From Cirrosporium novae-zelandiae (taxonomy: Eukaryota): a stretch of DNA of 64,000 nucleotides. The stretch is taken from positions 1-64,000 of the forward strand of contig JAPETS010000010.1 of assembly GCA_026023565.1 (NCBI GenBank), given 5' to 3'. Each line of letters starts with the position of its first letter. Position 1 is the first letter of the stretch. Below, one piece after another: positions 48,510 to 62,223 of this stretch. Position numbers and translations under genes: made by a program. Under the pieces are notes generated by a model that had not been told where the DNA came from, did no database searches, and worked only from the letters and a program-made list of their open reading frames with translations.

Positions 48510-51500
48510 TGTCCAACAAAATTCATAATCCTATGCAATGATATTCAAAACAGTACAGCGTACACAATCTAACCATCTACTGTCCCCTTTATATGCCCCC
48601 ATCCTCTCTATCTCACCTCTACCCTCCAAATAAGGCGTTAACCAAACCTCGAGCATCCTAAACCCCTATCCCCCTAAACTCCGCTCCTATTCCCTCCGCT
48701 TACATCTATTTCACCCATTCTCATTCTCCACTCATCTATTTAAAGTGTGAAAAAAAATCCAAAAGTAAAATTTCGTCCGGGAATTCGTCCGTCCCGAGGG
48801 GGGAGGGTCTATCCATGTTCAAACCAGCCAGTCAACTAATTAGTTTAGTGATCCAATTGGCCAATGAACCAAAAAGGATTATTCATTCATTCATTTACTT
48901 GTTCATTCACTTACTCACTTAATCAATCAACCAGCCAACTCAACCGATACCGACAAATCCAGCAATCCATCCATCCAACGACCCCAAGACCCCCAAGATA
49001 TTATTAAATCCCAAATCCTATATGAGTAATATTATATCATATTTATAATTAATGCCTACATATCCGACCTACCTACCTACAAATTACCACCTACTAAGTT
49101 ATCAAAAGGTGACTGGGTCATAATATATTGAACATAGTGTGGTGCGTAACTCAACATCACTGACTACCTTGCCTCCTGTTATCATCATCATATGAAAGGG
49201 TATATATATACATACACACACGCGTATATTATATAAATACTAGCTCCAAAAAGTGAGAGAGAAGCTCTAATTACTCAAGTAGTTGTATATTTATGTATTC
49301 ATGTACTTGTTCCTCGAGCCAGAGAAAAGCCCGGTCTAGAATTTATTATTTATTTTTTTATTTTTTATATTCTATATATTCTTAATTAGTTGGTTAGCTA
49401 GCCAGTTAGTCAGGGAAGGGAACGAGAAGTAATGTGCAAAAAGCCGGACAAAGAAAAAGGGAAAAAGAAATAAGAGAAAAAGCAGGTATCAGATATCTAC
49501 TCCATCGTCCCCATCCTCATCCTCTCCCACCTCTCGCCACTCCAAGAACCCACTCCACTGCATCCCCAGGCCCATACCACAAGGGAATCCTCCCCCCCCT
49601 TCTCATTCTTACCTCTCCACATTCTCCACTCTACACTCCCGATCTCCAATTCAATTAAAATCTCCTCACTACGCCAATAGCAATTCCTCTAGACCCCAAT
49701 CCTCTCAAACCTCTCGCCTCTCAATGCCACGCACAGTAACGACGACGGTGACTATAATAGTAATGATATGTGATATGTGATATGTGATATATAGATCTTA
49801 CTAACCAACCAGCCAAACCAAACCAAATAAAACCAAGCCAAATCAAACTTGAGGATCAGAGTTGAATCTATATGCAAAAGGGGGTGGATAGAGGGGAATC
49901 GGGAATCGGGAATCGGGAACTGGATTTTCTACCAGAGAGGGGAGAGTATATACTATACATTAGAAGCAGAGAGAATCAAGCGAATTAGGAAGCTGGGAAA
50001 TGAAGATATAAATATCGTAAGGACTTCGGGGTGAGAGTAGGAAGGGAAGGGAAGGGGATGGTATTGTTATATTGTTGTTATTGTCGGTAATCCTCTCTTG
50101 TCCTATCTTTTTCTTGTCTTTGTCTTATCTTAAAATAGATTTCGGGGTCGTTATATATCTATGTATAATATATACGTGGTATGTAGACCGTAGATCCTTA
50201 TCTAGTCATTTCTATCCATCCAACCTCATCTTCCAGCATCTTCTAGCATCTGCCTTATCTGCCCATCTGCCTAATCTCCTATCCACCAATACCATTTATA
50301 TCTATTCTTACATCACGAAAACAAAATCCCCCGAATTCCTATTCTCTATCCCTATTATCATGATTGTTTAATGTTTTACTATACAGTACATGTACCTCAA
50401 GGACTTCCCTTGACTTATTGTAAAGATTGTAAAAGTCCCCCCATCCATTCATCTATTAAATATCTGGGTAGATAAGTACAGACAAAAAAAAAATACCAAA
50501 AATAAAAAATAAGAAAGAAATAACACAGGTAGGTAAAATACCTAAAGTAGTAGAGGACCCGTCGTCGTCGTCATCGTCGTCATCATTAAAACCTCCCTCA
50601 CACTCACATTCCCACAAAAGAAAATTAAAAGGATAAGAATAGAATAAGAGAGCTAGCTAGCTAAGTCGGGGGGGGGGGGGTTTAGGTTATATTTTGGAAA
50701 GGTGAAAGGATGGGGGGAAGGGTAAAGGAAAGGAAGGGAAAGGAAGGGGTTTTAGGTATGATGATGGATGATGAAGATTAAGAATGGAAAATAAACGATA
50801 TTGAGACTGAGATTGAGGAGTATTGCTTATATCCTCACCCCCCCCTTCCACCCCCCACCCCCAATCACCATCACCATATATAAATATTCCTCAAATCCCC
50901 TTCCTTTCCCCACCTCTTCCTCCTCCTCCACCACCAACGAAAAATTCACTCTAGTACGGTATAGTACACTCACACTCACACTAATACCATAATACTAATT
51001 ATAATTAAGGTACGGGCAGGACACGCGACACGACACGATACGTAAAATAGGTAAATGGTGTTTTTAGGTATAGATGTGGGGATGTGGAGATAGGAATAGG
51101 AATAAGAGGATATATAGGGGGGGTGGGAGGGTATGATAACTAAATTACAGTAGCTACCTGGCTAGGTAGCTAGGTAGATGGGTAGGTGGGTAAATTGTTG
51201 ACCAGGCCAGTTTATGACATGGTATGGCATGGAATAATGACTTTGTATAAGGGACATGGAACAATTTGCATAGGAAACATAAAACATAAAAATTAAACAA
51301 CCTATCTATGCTCAGAACACACGCTGTCCAAAAAATTCATTGATTTCTAAGTTTCGTAAAGCAAAGTACATAGCACGTAAAACATTTAGCGGAGGTTTCT
51401 CATCCCATCCATCTATATAGTAGAGTACGTTATTCACAAAATGTCTGCTGGGAGATCTTGAGGTAGCATAAGTATAGCATACAGTATTGTATCTATACTT

Positions 51501-51860
51501 TCACAACCTCACCACGCCACATCAAGCTCTAAGAGGAATGCGAAGAATGTCCGAAAGCGAAATAAAGGTATCCATTCCCTATTATATCTCTTTCGGACTA
51601 TGCAGGCATGGGTTATTTAGTCGCTATCCTCCCCAAGTTTTGGCTAGGAAAGAAGAACGTTCATCCACATATCCGCTGAAAGTCATTTCAGACTTCTCGT
51701 AGTTCCAATCCTAGTTCCATATAGCTCCTTTCTCGGGGTATATTGCGAGGGGCCTTGGTATTAATAAAACAATTTGAGGCAAATAGGTTATTCACAAATT
51801 TTATGGCTCAGGGAATCCAAAGGTAATAGGCACAGGTAATTAGGGTCTAGGTAAAGTAAT

Positions 51861-51925
51861 AAGGCGTAGGTCAAGGCGTAGGTCAAGGCGTAGGTCAAGG
51901 CGTAGGTCAAGGCGCAGGTGAAGGC
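51861..51925. repeat. 12-bp minisatellite AAGGCGTAGGTC, 4 perfect copies plus degenerate ones
   Basis: Directly visible; lies downstream of the stop of the flavin-reductase-like gene. Confidence 0.9.
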
Positions 51926-52115
51926 AATAAGGCGGGTCAAGTAAGAGGGCACAGGTCAAGGTCAGGCACAGGAATCCAAAGTAAAGGTCATAAGCAGGTA
52001 ATTCATCCAAAAGTCCAGTTCAGGCTATCCGCTCATGTTTGGTAAAGGTATCCAGATAATATACACATAGAAAGAAAGTCGTTCCATCGTCATAGCCGAT
52101 AAGCGAAAATGGCAT

Positions 52116-54068
52116 CTATTTTGTTCCCCAGGGAATAGCACCGTGTGGCTGATACTCATCAACGTGATCCACCTCGTTTGCTTCGAGCACGTCAAGTTCG
52201 GCCTGGATCAGGTTTATCCGCTTGCCGCTAATGATAAGCTGTCGTTCAATTTCATCGAGGGTTGGAGTGGCTCCGGCAAGTTCCAGTTCCGATGTATGAC
52301 CCTGGGTCAGACGGCTGATTTCTCTATCAAGGTCACTGATCTCTGTAGTAATCTGGTCAATCTCTTCTTCTATTGACTCGAGGCTTCGAGAAGCTTCAAG
52401 TGAACTCTTGGATTCGAGAGATTGCATTGTCTCTTTATTTGGATATTCCGGAGAATCATCCGAGTCCAAGGCATTTATAGTAGATTCAATCTCTGCGATT
52501 TCTTTCCCAGTCTGAATGAGTTCCTTGTCAATAGCATCAAGATTTATGTTGGAAAGTTCTTCGGGATAAGTAGCTAGATGATCGAATTCAGCTTGAATGC
52601 GGTCAATTATCCTACCGGTCCGGCCAATGTCATTCTCGATGATATTAAGACTGGGAATCCGTGAACCCTTCGACTTGGTGAGCTGGGTAGTTGGAATCGG
52701 TATACCTAGTTCCTCCATCTGCCCTTCGACTTTTTCGATAAACTTATCTACACTGATCAACTGACGTTGTAGGTACACAAACGGCAGACGGTATGGATGA
52801 ATCTCTTCAGGAGATGGGATAGGAGGTGGCGTCTGATTTAACAGATCCAGTAAAGGCGCATCAGAGTCCGCAACGTTAACCACAGGAGAGTCATCGATAA
52901 CAAAATGCCACTTGTCTTCCTTTATATCCGGAAAATACTGGGCATATTTAGTGGGATATCGACCAGGAGGTTCCATAACCCGCATAATAGCGCTTCGAAA
53001 TGACCTATTACCATAGCATAATGTTGATTTATCTGAGTACTTGAGTGATTCTGCACCTTCAGGACAATATACTTTCTCGACTTTGCCAAAAACAACCATG
53101 TGATCTCCAACGGAGTGGGTGCTGAGAAGCTCACACTGAAAAGCAAAGGATACCGCATCCATGACTTTCAGCAGCGGGGATCTCCCAGACACCTTATAAG
53201 TCATCTCCTCGATATCGGATGGCTGGACGCCCTTGTGTGCAAGATCAGGACCTGCAAATTTTCTGGCAATACTAGTTGCAACCCGGGAATCATTAAGCAA
53301 GTGCACGGTGAACGCATGGCTTCTATCTATTGCTGTCCATGTCCTCGACGGAAGCTTGATGTTGAAAGAAACAATTGGGATAGGGTCAAGCGAGACAGTG
53401 TTGAATGAAGATACTGTCAGACCAAACTTCCTATCTCTGGCTTTGCCGTCCTTTTCTAGTGGCAGATCTTTTGAGAGAATAACGGCAACATTTTGTGGAA
53501 CTCGACGCATGAGATTTCGAACGGACGATGAGAATTCGGCCGTATCCAAGTGTTTCTGTGGCACTGGAACCTTTCTTGCTTCTGTTTCAGTTTCCAGATA
53601 TGGACCCCAAGTTGGTTCCGGAGCAGCAGGCGGATCTTTAAACAACAGGCTCGATTTCAAAGGTTGAAATGAATGCTTGCTGGGGAGAAATGGTGCATTC
53701 ATAAGTGGGCGCCATACAGCAGTGGCAGCTTTCTTGCGGGGTTGGGGTTGAGCGGAGGCCCTAATCTGGTCTCTCACGTCCGGATTGACTATCACAACAA
53801 ATATGAGCATTTTTCAGACAAGAGTTCCAAGTATGTGACCATAGGGCCTACATTCTTGTGTCGCTTTTATTTCCGGGTCGAGATCTGTATTTTGTAAGAT
53901 GCTTTTGGTCATCGAAAATAGACGCTGAGAAGGTAATTGCATTCTCTGCACCAGCGGAGCAATTGCGCCTATACTTGACGCTGTCTGTAGAAGAAATGTA
54001 GATGATCTGGCTCCCTGCATGAGAGCAGTTCGCCGCAGGCCATATTGAAGAGCCCGATTAGCTTGCAT
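52116..54068 (-). CDS. Flavin-reductase-like domain protein with mitochondrial-type presequence and helical-repeat tail, 1 intron
   Basis: VRNLMRRVPQNVAVI, GLTVSSFNTVSLDP, VSFNI, VGDHMVVFGKV, LCYGNRSF; Arg-rich N-terminus. Confidence 0.85.
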
Positions 54069-54453
54069 TGAGCTTGATAAATCTTGAAGAGAGTTCTGGA
54101 TAAATTTAATTTTGTTTCATGCCCAAGGAAATTGGTGTTCCTTTGATGATGGAAATGTCCAGCGGCACTTGGCGGAGAACAATTAAGCGGGCAATGGTGA
54201 TGACGGTGATGGAGGAACTTGTGGAAACCGATCGATATCAAAAAGAAGAAAACATGGAACAACTAAGCTCTATTAAAGTCGGAAGATTCTCTGTTCGTAT
54301 AAAAATCCGGAGAAGAACTGAGAAATTTCACCGGCTTAGTCACGATAAACCCTAACTAATCGGGTCATTTATCCATCCAGAAGACCCCCACGAAATCTTT
54401 CATCCTCATCTCCAATCCCTCAATTCAAATTCCACATCTCCCCTCAAAAGATC

Positions 54454-54942
54454 ATGTCTGTCCACCTCCCGCTTCGGCGTGTGACAACCTCCAAATCCAT
54501 AGGTTACATCTGCCAACAATGCCGACATGCCACGTTGATCCCCCGTCCCAAACGACCATACACATTCACCCAGCTGGTGACTCTATCCGATGGTAGCTCA
54601 TTCACCCACCGAACCACCTCCCCTCAAGCTGTTTACAAGTCCACCCGTGACACATACAATGCACCGTTATGGAACCCATCAAGTCAAAAACTCATGAATA
54701 TCGAGGAGGACGAAGCAGGAAAATTAGCAGCTTTCAGAAACAAGTTCGGAAGAGGATGGGATGCCGGAATTGCTCTCGATGGAGATAAACTCGAGCATGA
54801 AGAGCAACTCGCTGCTGACGCTCAGGATGAGAGCTTGTTGGATTTGATTAGCGGATTCGGCCAGGATGAGCATGCTGTGAAATCTGCATCGGGAGGGAAA
54901 CTCGCAAAGATACCTAAAAAAGACCCTGGAAAGAAGAAATAA
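54454..54942 (+). CDS. mrpl36: Mitochondrial large-subunit ribosomal protein bL31m (YmL36)
   Basis: RPYTFTQLVTLSDGSSFTHRTTSP, PLWNPS, GKLAAFRNKFG. Confidence 0.9.
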   Translation: MSVHLPLRRVTTSKSIGYICQQCRHATLIPRPKRPYTFTQLVTLSDGSSFTHRTTSPQAVYKSTRDTYNAPLWNPSSQKLMNIEEDEAGKLAAFRNKFGRGWDAGIALDGDKLEHEEQLAADAQDESLLDLISGFGQDEHAVKSASGGKLAKIPKKDPGKKK

Positions 54943-55589
54943 TTGTGAGATGGGAAATTTTAAAGCCTTGTATGATTGGAAGAGCTGGGTTTTATCTGTA
55001 CAGTACAGTGATGATGACATGCCAATTGGGAAGAATATGCATAAGAGAAGGATAGCAATGTTGATATTCCGAAGTTGGAGAATGATAGAGCTGTGATGAA
55101 TCTGTAGATGGAATATGGGGAAACCTCTTTCCATCATTATTACTCAAAAAGAATACAGGAAGACACCTGATATCCTGAACCACCATCCCGCAACCCTCTC
55201 ACACACCAGAAACCAAAAACCCTCCCACATACACCCTTTGCGCCCCCCCAACACGAACCCCCCCACCATACTCTTCATAATCATATCCTTCCCCCCTCCC
55301 TCCTCATCCTCACCGACTACGATCCGGAGGCGACACGACTGAATGTAGAAACAAAAGCAGAAAGGAAAAGAAGATAGTCTCCAAATTAAATCCCCGCAAT
55401 CACGCTAGATACTCCTATTCTCCATTCCCATTTCCCATTCTCTCCAGATCTCTCAGACTCCCGCCTAGACTTGACTCGATGCTCCTACTTATTTGTCCTC
55501 TTCGTCTGTTTTTCAAAAGAAATTGAGAGTTGGGTACAAAAGAAACCATGAGCGTGATATTGGTAATTTATTCAGCTACTTAGGTATAA

Positions 55590-57125
55590 TTAATGTAAGC
55601 GATAATAATACGTACACAAGCAGGTCCAAAATGAATATAGAATTGATTCTATCAAAATCATCCTATCTATACCATCTAGTCTTGGCTCCAGATCCAACCA
55701 AACCACCGAATAGATATACTGAATTATTCCTTCAATATGGTTGTGTTGGAATTGGACCGATGCGCTCATGAATGTAGCAGGGAACATAGAATTAGAAATT
55801 AGACCACAAGGTTGGGAGGTGAGTAGCTGGAAATGCTTCGAGATGACTTGCTTTGAGCCGTTCTCATATGAAATAATCTGGGTATTACGCTGTGGATTCT
55901 TCAGGGACGAGGACTTCGACAAAGTTCTTTGAAGCTGGTGTTGCTTTTTTTTAAAACGTAGGCCACCAAGAGAGCCTTCAACAGAGTTAGACTAGCATTG
56001 ATGAATTAAAAAGAAAGAAACATACCTTGAAGCTGATGTTGCTTTTTTTCCTCTTCATTCATCAGGCTGCTCATGTGGCAGCCTGGGGGGACCAGGATAA
56101 AACGCCCTGCCTACCCCTCACCCCCTGTCACCTCTCCCACCTCTGCCTACTTCCCCACCCCCTTCTCCCTCTTCCCAAACCCTAGTAAAATACCTTCAGC
56201 GGCCGTGGTGATGTTCCAAGTGAGGGTTCCTGTAGGGCTAATAATCCCTTTAAAAAACCATTCAAGTTAGTTAATTACTTTCCCCCCCGCACAGAACAAT
56301 CCGCAGACACGGATGATGCGACAGCGACGACCACGGTAGAAGCAGCCACAACAACCTTGAGGCGGGTGGCGCCCCGCAAAAACTATTAAAGCTAGCCAGT
56401 CAATTGCCCCAGGATGAGAGAAAGCGGGGGTTGCTTTGCCGGTGTTGTTTTGCAATACTAAAGGCCGATGCAGAGCAAAGGCGTCGACAAGGTTTTTTCA
56501 AGCAGTTGTTGCTTTGCCCCCCCCAAGCTTTTTTTTTCTTTTTTTGTCAAAAATCTTTTTGGAGGAGAGGGCACGACCAGGGCACAAGTTCACGTCTTAA
56601 CTTGTGCCCCCCCTAGAGGCCGTGGCCCTCCCTCCCCTTCCTTCACTTCCCCTCCCCCTTCTCCATCTCTAAAGAGACCCCCTTGACAGCGCAGGAAGCC
56701 ATGATGATACCGGTAGTGGTGTTCGAAGGTAAAAATCGTTTAATAAACTATTAAAGTTAGTTAATTCCTTCAGGATAGGGGGCCGTTGGTGTTGGCTTGT
56801 AAATATACGGGAGGGAGACTGTTAGAGGTATTTAGGGGAGAAGATACACACGTTGAGAGGCATGTTGGAAGCTGAAGAGAAAAAAAGGGATAGATTGAGG
56901 AGAGAGTCATTGTGTCGATGATGATGATGAAGAAGAAGAAGAAGAAGAAGAAGAAGAACAGACTGAGGAGAGGGCAGAGTTTTTATAAACGTACCTGAGA
57001 GCCATGTTTAGGAAAGAGTGAGTACCTTAGGTATGTTATCACTACTAGACTACCCTTTCCGCCAAAGGGTTATTCGTTCAAACCCGGAAGTCATAGTAGG
57101 ATAAGATCTATATGGTGAGTAGTAG
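55590..57125. repeat. Dispersed repeat copy B, homologous to 3150-4335
   Basis: Same collinear blocks as copy A, with a different and longer middle section. Confidence 0.85.
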
Positions 57126-57836
57126 TAACGATTAGTAGTAGAATAATATGAGATCTCAAGGAGACCTTCAAACAAATTCAATTGAAGGTCTCTCCAAAGT
57201 CCTAAGAACAAATTAATTATAAATATGCAAAAATTGATTTTGTTTGAAGACCTCCCTAAGGTCACATTATTCTAGGTTCGTTTTTTGGGGGGGGGATCTG
57301 GTCGCTTTTATCCCATCCATCCATCCATCCAAAGTTCCACTGATAAACTTGTCATGGCCAAAAAATATCCCCATCAACTAGATAATATTCAAGTTTACAA
57401 GGCCATCCCAGAGTTTGTAGCCTTACAAGGACTAGAATAATGAAAGTAATTAGCTTGCTTACCTGTCCTTGTAGACTAGCTGTTTAGATATCTAATTACC
57501 AAGCTGCAGTAATAAATACGGTAATTTGAAAATTACAAGTCACCGTGCCAGAACATCACAGTGATCAATAGATTAGTACATGACCATCTTTTTAATTAGG
57601 ATATTCTGATAATCAAGATACTCTGTTCCATCACTCATTCGGCTTTGGGTCTGGTTATCTGCAAGGCATTTGTCGCCAATAACAGGTACCTTGAAGTAGC
57701 TGACAAAAAGCCTTGCGTATTTTCAGGGTATCGTATCGTCTTCTCCATATGGTGTCTCGCTGTCACTCGTTCCGACACCCAAGCTTTATTATCCAAATAC
57801 CCGTACATTAATATTGGTGGAACTTTGCTTGCTTTC

Positions 57837-59786
57837 CTACTCATCTCCTTCTGTTGATTTTCCAGTCGTCGGACGATCACTTTCTTCAGAGACCTGTTTT
57901 GGAGAGGATCTGGATACATCTGCGTCCGCTGGTGTTTGATAGGATGCTTGAGATTCTTCATCGGCATCAAGGCGCATGAGGAAAGTTTCCCATAGCTCGA
58001 TTAACTAAGAATTTAATTAGTATCGAATGAAATGATAGGGTAGATAGAGAGAAAAACGAACCTCCTTCTGTGCTTCAACTGCACTTTCCAAAAATGTCTC
58101 AACTCCAGATTTGAAATCTTCTACCTTTTCCTTTTCAAATCGCTCTAATTCTGACCTCATCAAGCGGCCCATATCCTCAAATAATAATCTCGCCTGGTTG
58201 ACTTTTCTCTCAGCATCAGCAACATCGGCATTTAACTGGTTTAGTCGATCCTGCTGGGATTTGCCCTGCCGTAGTAGCTTCTCCTGAAGCGATTTACGTT
58301 TCTGTAGTTCAGTCTCGGCCGCATGCCATGTGTGAAAGGACTTTTGGCGTTGAGAAAATGACGTTTTGATGCTACCTATTAGGCGGATGTACTCGTCGAT
58401 GGTGATTCCTAATGTGAGGACATCTTGTTGGGCTTGGCGATCGTAGAGTTCTTTTATTCGGAGTTGGAGCTCTGAAAGACCTTCAAGGGGACCGGACAAA
58501 GATGCAGATAATTCGACAGTCGATAGAGCGTGAAGAGACGCTGAAAAATCGCCACAGGCTTCGGAAAGATTCTTGCGCTGAGCAACCACAGTGTCAATGG
58601 CTTTGAGGAGAGCTTTTAACTGGTTTTCGAGCGCGTCGAGATATACTTTTCGATCATGAAACCAATCATCGTGTTCAATAAACTTTGTTCCACTACCAAC
58701 GGAAAATCCCATCGAGCTGAACATGCCCTTGCTTTGACCAATATCAGGATCCTTATTCTCCTTGTGTTTGACGTCCATGTTAAAAGTTTCGCTTTCCAAA
58801 AAGAGCTTTAGATCACCATCATGTTGTAAAATAGGATGTGTAGAAGTCTTATTAAGCATACGTTCTAGCGCTGCTCGTCTAGACTCTACAAAATTTGCAT
58901 CAAAGCGCCCAACCGCTTGTTTTTCTGGTGGTGGTGGAACAACGACACCCGGATTGTTGCTGTGTAAAGAGCTATAGAGCCAGAGAAAGTCCCGATAACG
59001 ACGGCTGACTATGAATTCTGGTTGGCGATAGGCTTTCGATGTTGTCTAAAACCTAGCTTTAGCTATATCCTTGCTTCGAGTGAATGGCGTCTTGCTCACC
59101 CTCGTCCTGACCTGATACACAGTATGACTGCTTGTCAGATCTCCGACCTTGTGTGGATCCCCAACTGTGATAACAAAAGATGGCTTTGCGGCCTGTTCAA
59201 TACTCATACTAGGTTGTCCCTGTCTCTTGACGACATCAACGGTGGGCGGTTGTACTGGTGGTGGAGCCCTCGCTCTAGCAACCGGTACCTGTGCATCATC
59301 ATCGAGGTCGACCGAATTCATTGAATCCATCATAGACCTCTGCTCGGTCGCTGATATAGCCTTTCCATTTCGTGCCTGTTCTTTTTGCGGGGGAACAGGA
59401 GGTTGTTCGGCATGTAATGGGGATGGAAAGCTATCTCCTAGAGCTGCTAACGGATCTAGAGATCCATCCAGAGTTTCAATTTGTGTCGCCTGACCACCAA
59501 TTCTTCGAGGGGTCCTCCCCGCTGGCGATTTTGAAGCTGTAGATGTGGCGGGACGGGAAGGGAGGGAAGTAGTTTGTCCTAGGAATCCGAATGAGCATGC
59601 CTCTTTAGAAAGGTTCGCGACGACCAACCTGCAAGGACGCTCTCATCATCCTTGGGCGTATTCTGATAATTTTGATTTGTATCTGACCTGGAGGGCATAT
59701 CTATTTCAACGTAAGCATCCAAATAAAATGGGCACCTAAACATGCGACTAACCACCCCAAGGCGAATCCCCGCCCTCTAGATCCAT
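57837..59786 (-). CDS. vps5: Retromer sorting nexin Vps5 (PX+BAR), multi-exon
   Basis: MDLEGGDSPWG, ITVGDPHKVGDLTSSHTVY, RRYRDFLWL, PPPPEKQAVGRF, BAR helices, AQKE|LIELWETFL. Confidence 0.95.
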
Positions 59787-60212
59787 CTTGAAAGAAATCT
59801 GACAATCGGATGATAGGAATTCTAATGTCGGTAAGCTTGATATAAAAAATCCAGGATGTGTTCAAGGCCTCGAACAAATTAATGTTGGTGATTCTCGTTC
59901 AATAATGCGGCAGCAGCTATCATCCAAGTTCGACCGGTCGGCATCTCGGCATCTTCCGTTTACCGAAAACTCCAATTTAACGACAATATAATCCGAGGTT
60001 TACTTCTTGATTAACTTACGGAAATAAGAATCAGAGATTTTACAAAGTTTTTCGACTATAATATTCTGCGCACTCAAACCTAATCTAAGGACGATTATGA
60101 AGACTTTCTTCTAACGAGAGATTGCTCATCGAGATCAGTAAGAAACAAAAAAGCAATAGGCTAGCACCTCCGCAAATGAACACCGAAAGCATCCCCTACC
60201 TGACTTCCAAGA

Positions 60213-60772
60213 TTACATATGTCCTTGCTTTGGTGTAGAGCTGCTGTTCAGTGATCCTGAAAAGTTCACTTCGTCATCCATAAAATCTCCCTCAACATCA
60301 GAAAGACGTATAGCTGCCTCGGCCCCTGATACTTGGTCGAGTGCCAATTCCGTACTAGTTGCCCCAGCTGTGATCGATTCATCCTTCTCACAACAGTGAA
60401 ACCCGTTCCATGGCTCCTGCTGCGAACTCTCTCCCAGCCAGGTTTGGAGCCCATACGACAGTTGGTTTTCTTGGACTGAATCCAGACTTGGATGGATAGC
60501 AACCGAAGATCGAGTACGGGATGGACGCCGAATCCCAGTTCTTTGACTTAACCCACTCCTCCTTGTTCCTTCATGGCTTGCCTTCTTAGCTCCCCTTTTT
60601 TGTTTGGGAGCTGCGGTTTCCTAGGTTTCGATTATTGTCTAAGTTAACTCTTTCATCATAGAAGGCGAAGTACCTGCTGGGAAGTATTTTGGGCTGCCAT
60701 ATAGCCTTCAGGCTTTATATTGGTAATTTTTTCCTCTTGGCTAGTATTTCCGGATGTCATTGCCACAATGAA
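60213..60772 (-). CDS. Hypothetical multi-exon gene, last two exons (60772-60674, 60620-60213); 5' exons unresolved
   Basis: Phase-0 intron GTACTT...CTAG joins a 33-codon exon to a 136-codon exon missed by the ORF track; no family recognised. Confidence 0.4.
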
Positions 60773-62223
60773 CTACGTGCAGTCTTAGAAATGTCTTCAA
60801 TTTCTATTAGAATTCTTTCCACGCTGAATAACATACCTGGTGGGATACCTAGTAAGTCATGCAAATTCATACAAGAGGAGTTTTGGTTGTGCTTTGATTG
60901 TAATTTCTTTCTCGTGGGCTTGGCCTTATTATATACCCGAGATCATGACCTCCATTTGTTAGAATGGGATGCAAAAGCTTCGCTTTCATTCGATGTGACA
61001 TATTATAAATAAGTCTGCTGCACGGGACTTGTGTTAAAGAAACTCCATTGGCTAGGAACTGTGCTTCGACCACTTAATAAAAATGCTTGAAGAGCGTTGG
61101 GCACCCTGGGAAAAAGCTATCTCTGCGAGGTATTTACGTAGAATGGTGTGAGATGAATTTTGTGGAGTGTTTCGGCCAGGCCAAATCGAAGTACCCCAAT
61201 TCTGTACTGTACAACCAAAAGCTCTCCTCACATCTCACAGGTACCAGCTACACCATCTACATGGACTAATACACAAACTTCATTTAAATTTTTTTGTCTA
61301 CTATTCACGAACTGGGATGCGCTTTCTATATTGATCACTCTATTTAGGCCAGTTTGTCATTGGTTTCATGGAAATCGTCAAATTTCGTATATCATTACAA
61401 CATACGACATGGGGAAGCAGTTCACCTAAAACTGCTGCTTCTCGGGTTCCGCCCTAATGTTTAGAGGCGAACTAATACCTCCTTTACGGATGATTTATTT
61501 TAGATTCATCGCCTTTGATGGAGTGCGTGCTAGCTTATGATGGGTGCCTGGAGATAGAATATGGAGAGCAGGGATGTGGAGAGTGCGGGAAACACGACGA
61601 ATCCACCGTTTTTTTACGAATAAGAGTATATTTGCAGGAAGATATCCGCGATTAATGGATAGGGAATAGCAGGGAATACATCTGGAGCTAGCATAGATGG
61701 ACACGTTTATCGGGTTCACTCAGCTGGAGCGAATACTAAGATAAGTCTGAAAGGCTGAAATTGTTATTAAAGTCCTGATGATGACCAGAACGAGGTGAAT
61801 GCGTGTGAGGGTTGATGATGATGACGTTTACTGGCCAACGCTGGTTGGGTCTACGCCCCTTTTAACTCGGTTTAGTACTCCAATTAAGCGAACATAAATA
61901 TGTTAAATGAATGCAAGGAACTTGTGTCTATCTTTTGGATTAGATGCTCACGCTGTTCTTTGACAGTTCACCAAGCCACTGGTTGTGAAGTATGCATGGT
62001 ACTTGTGTTTCTGTCCAACAATTGGTTGCTTAATACTAGTGCATGCATGGAACTTTGGTTCCCTGTTAATATCAAATCATTGCCCAACCTCACTCAAATT
62101 TCACCATTACAAAACACTATGTATAAAGTCTAGATTCCCGTTGTTGCTAAGAAGCGGATACCATATTCTTCATATCTATTTTCCAGTTTTGCATTAAGCT
62201 TCCACCTTTTCGATATATTCACA

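Noticed and set aside
48942..48956. AACCGATACCGAC resembling RNase P RNA CR-V
   Set aside because: No upstream CR-I able to form P4; the nearest, GGGAATTCGTCC, does not pair.
50429..50440. GTAAAAGTCCCC resembling RNase MRP CR-I
   Set aside because: No downstream GGGGCTYA partner found.
51861..51925. Regular repeats as a CRISPR array or a coding extension
   Set aside because: Head-to-tail units without spacers in a eukaryote, and separated from the upstream CDS by stop codons.
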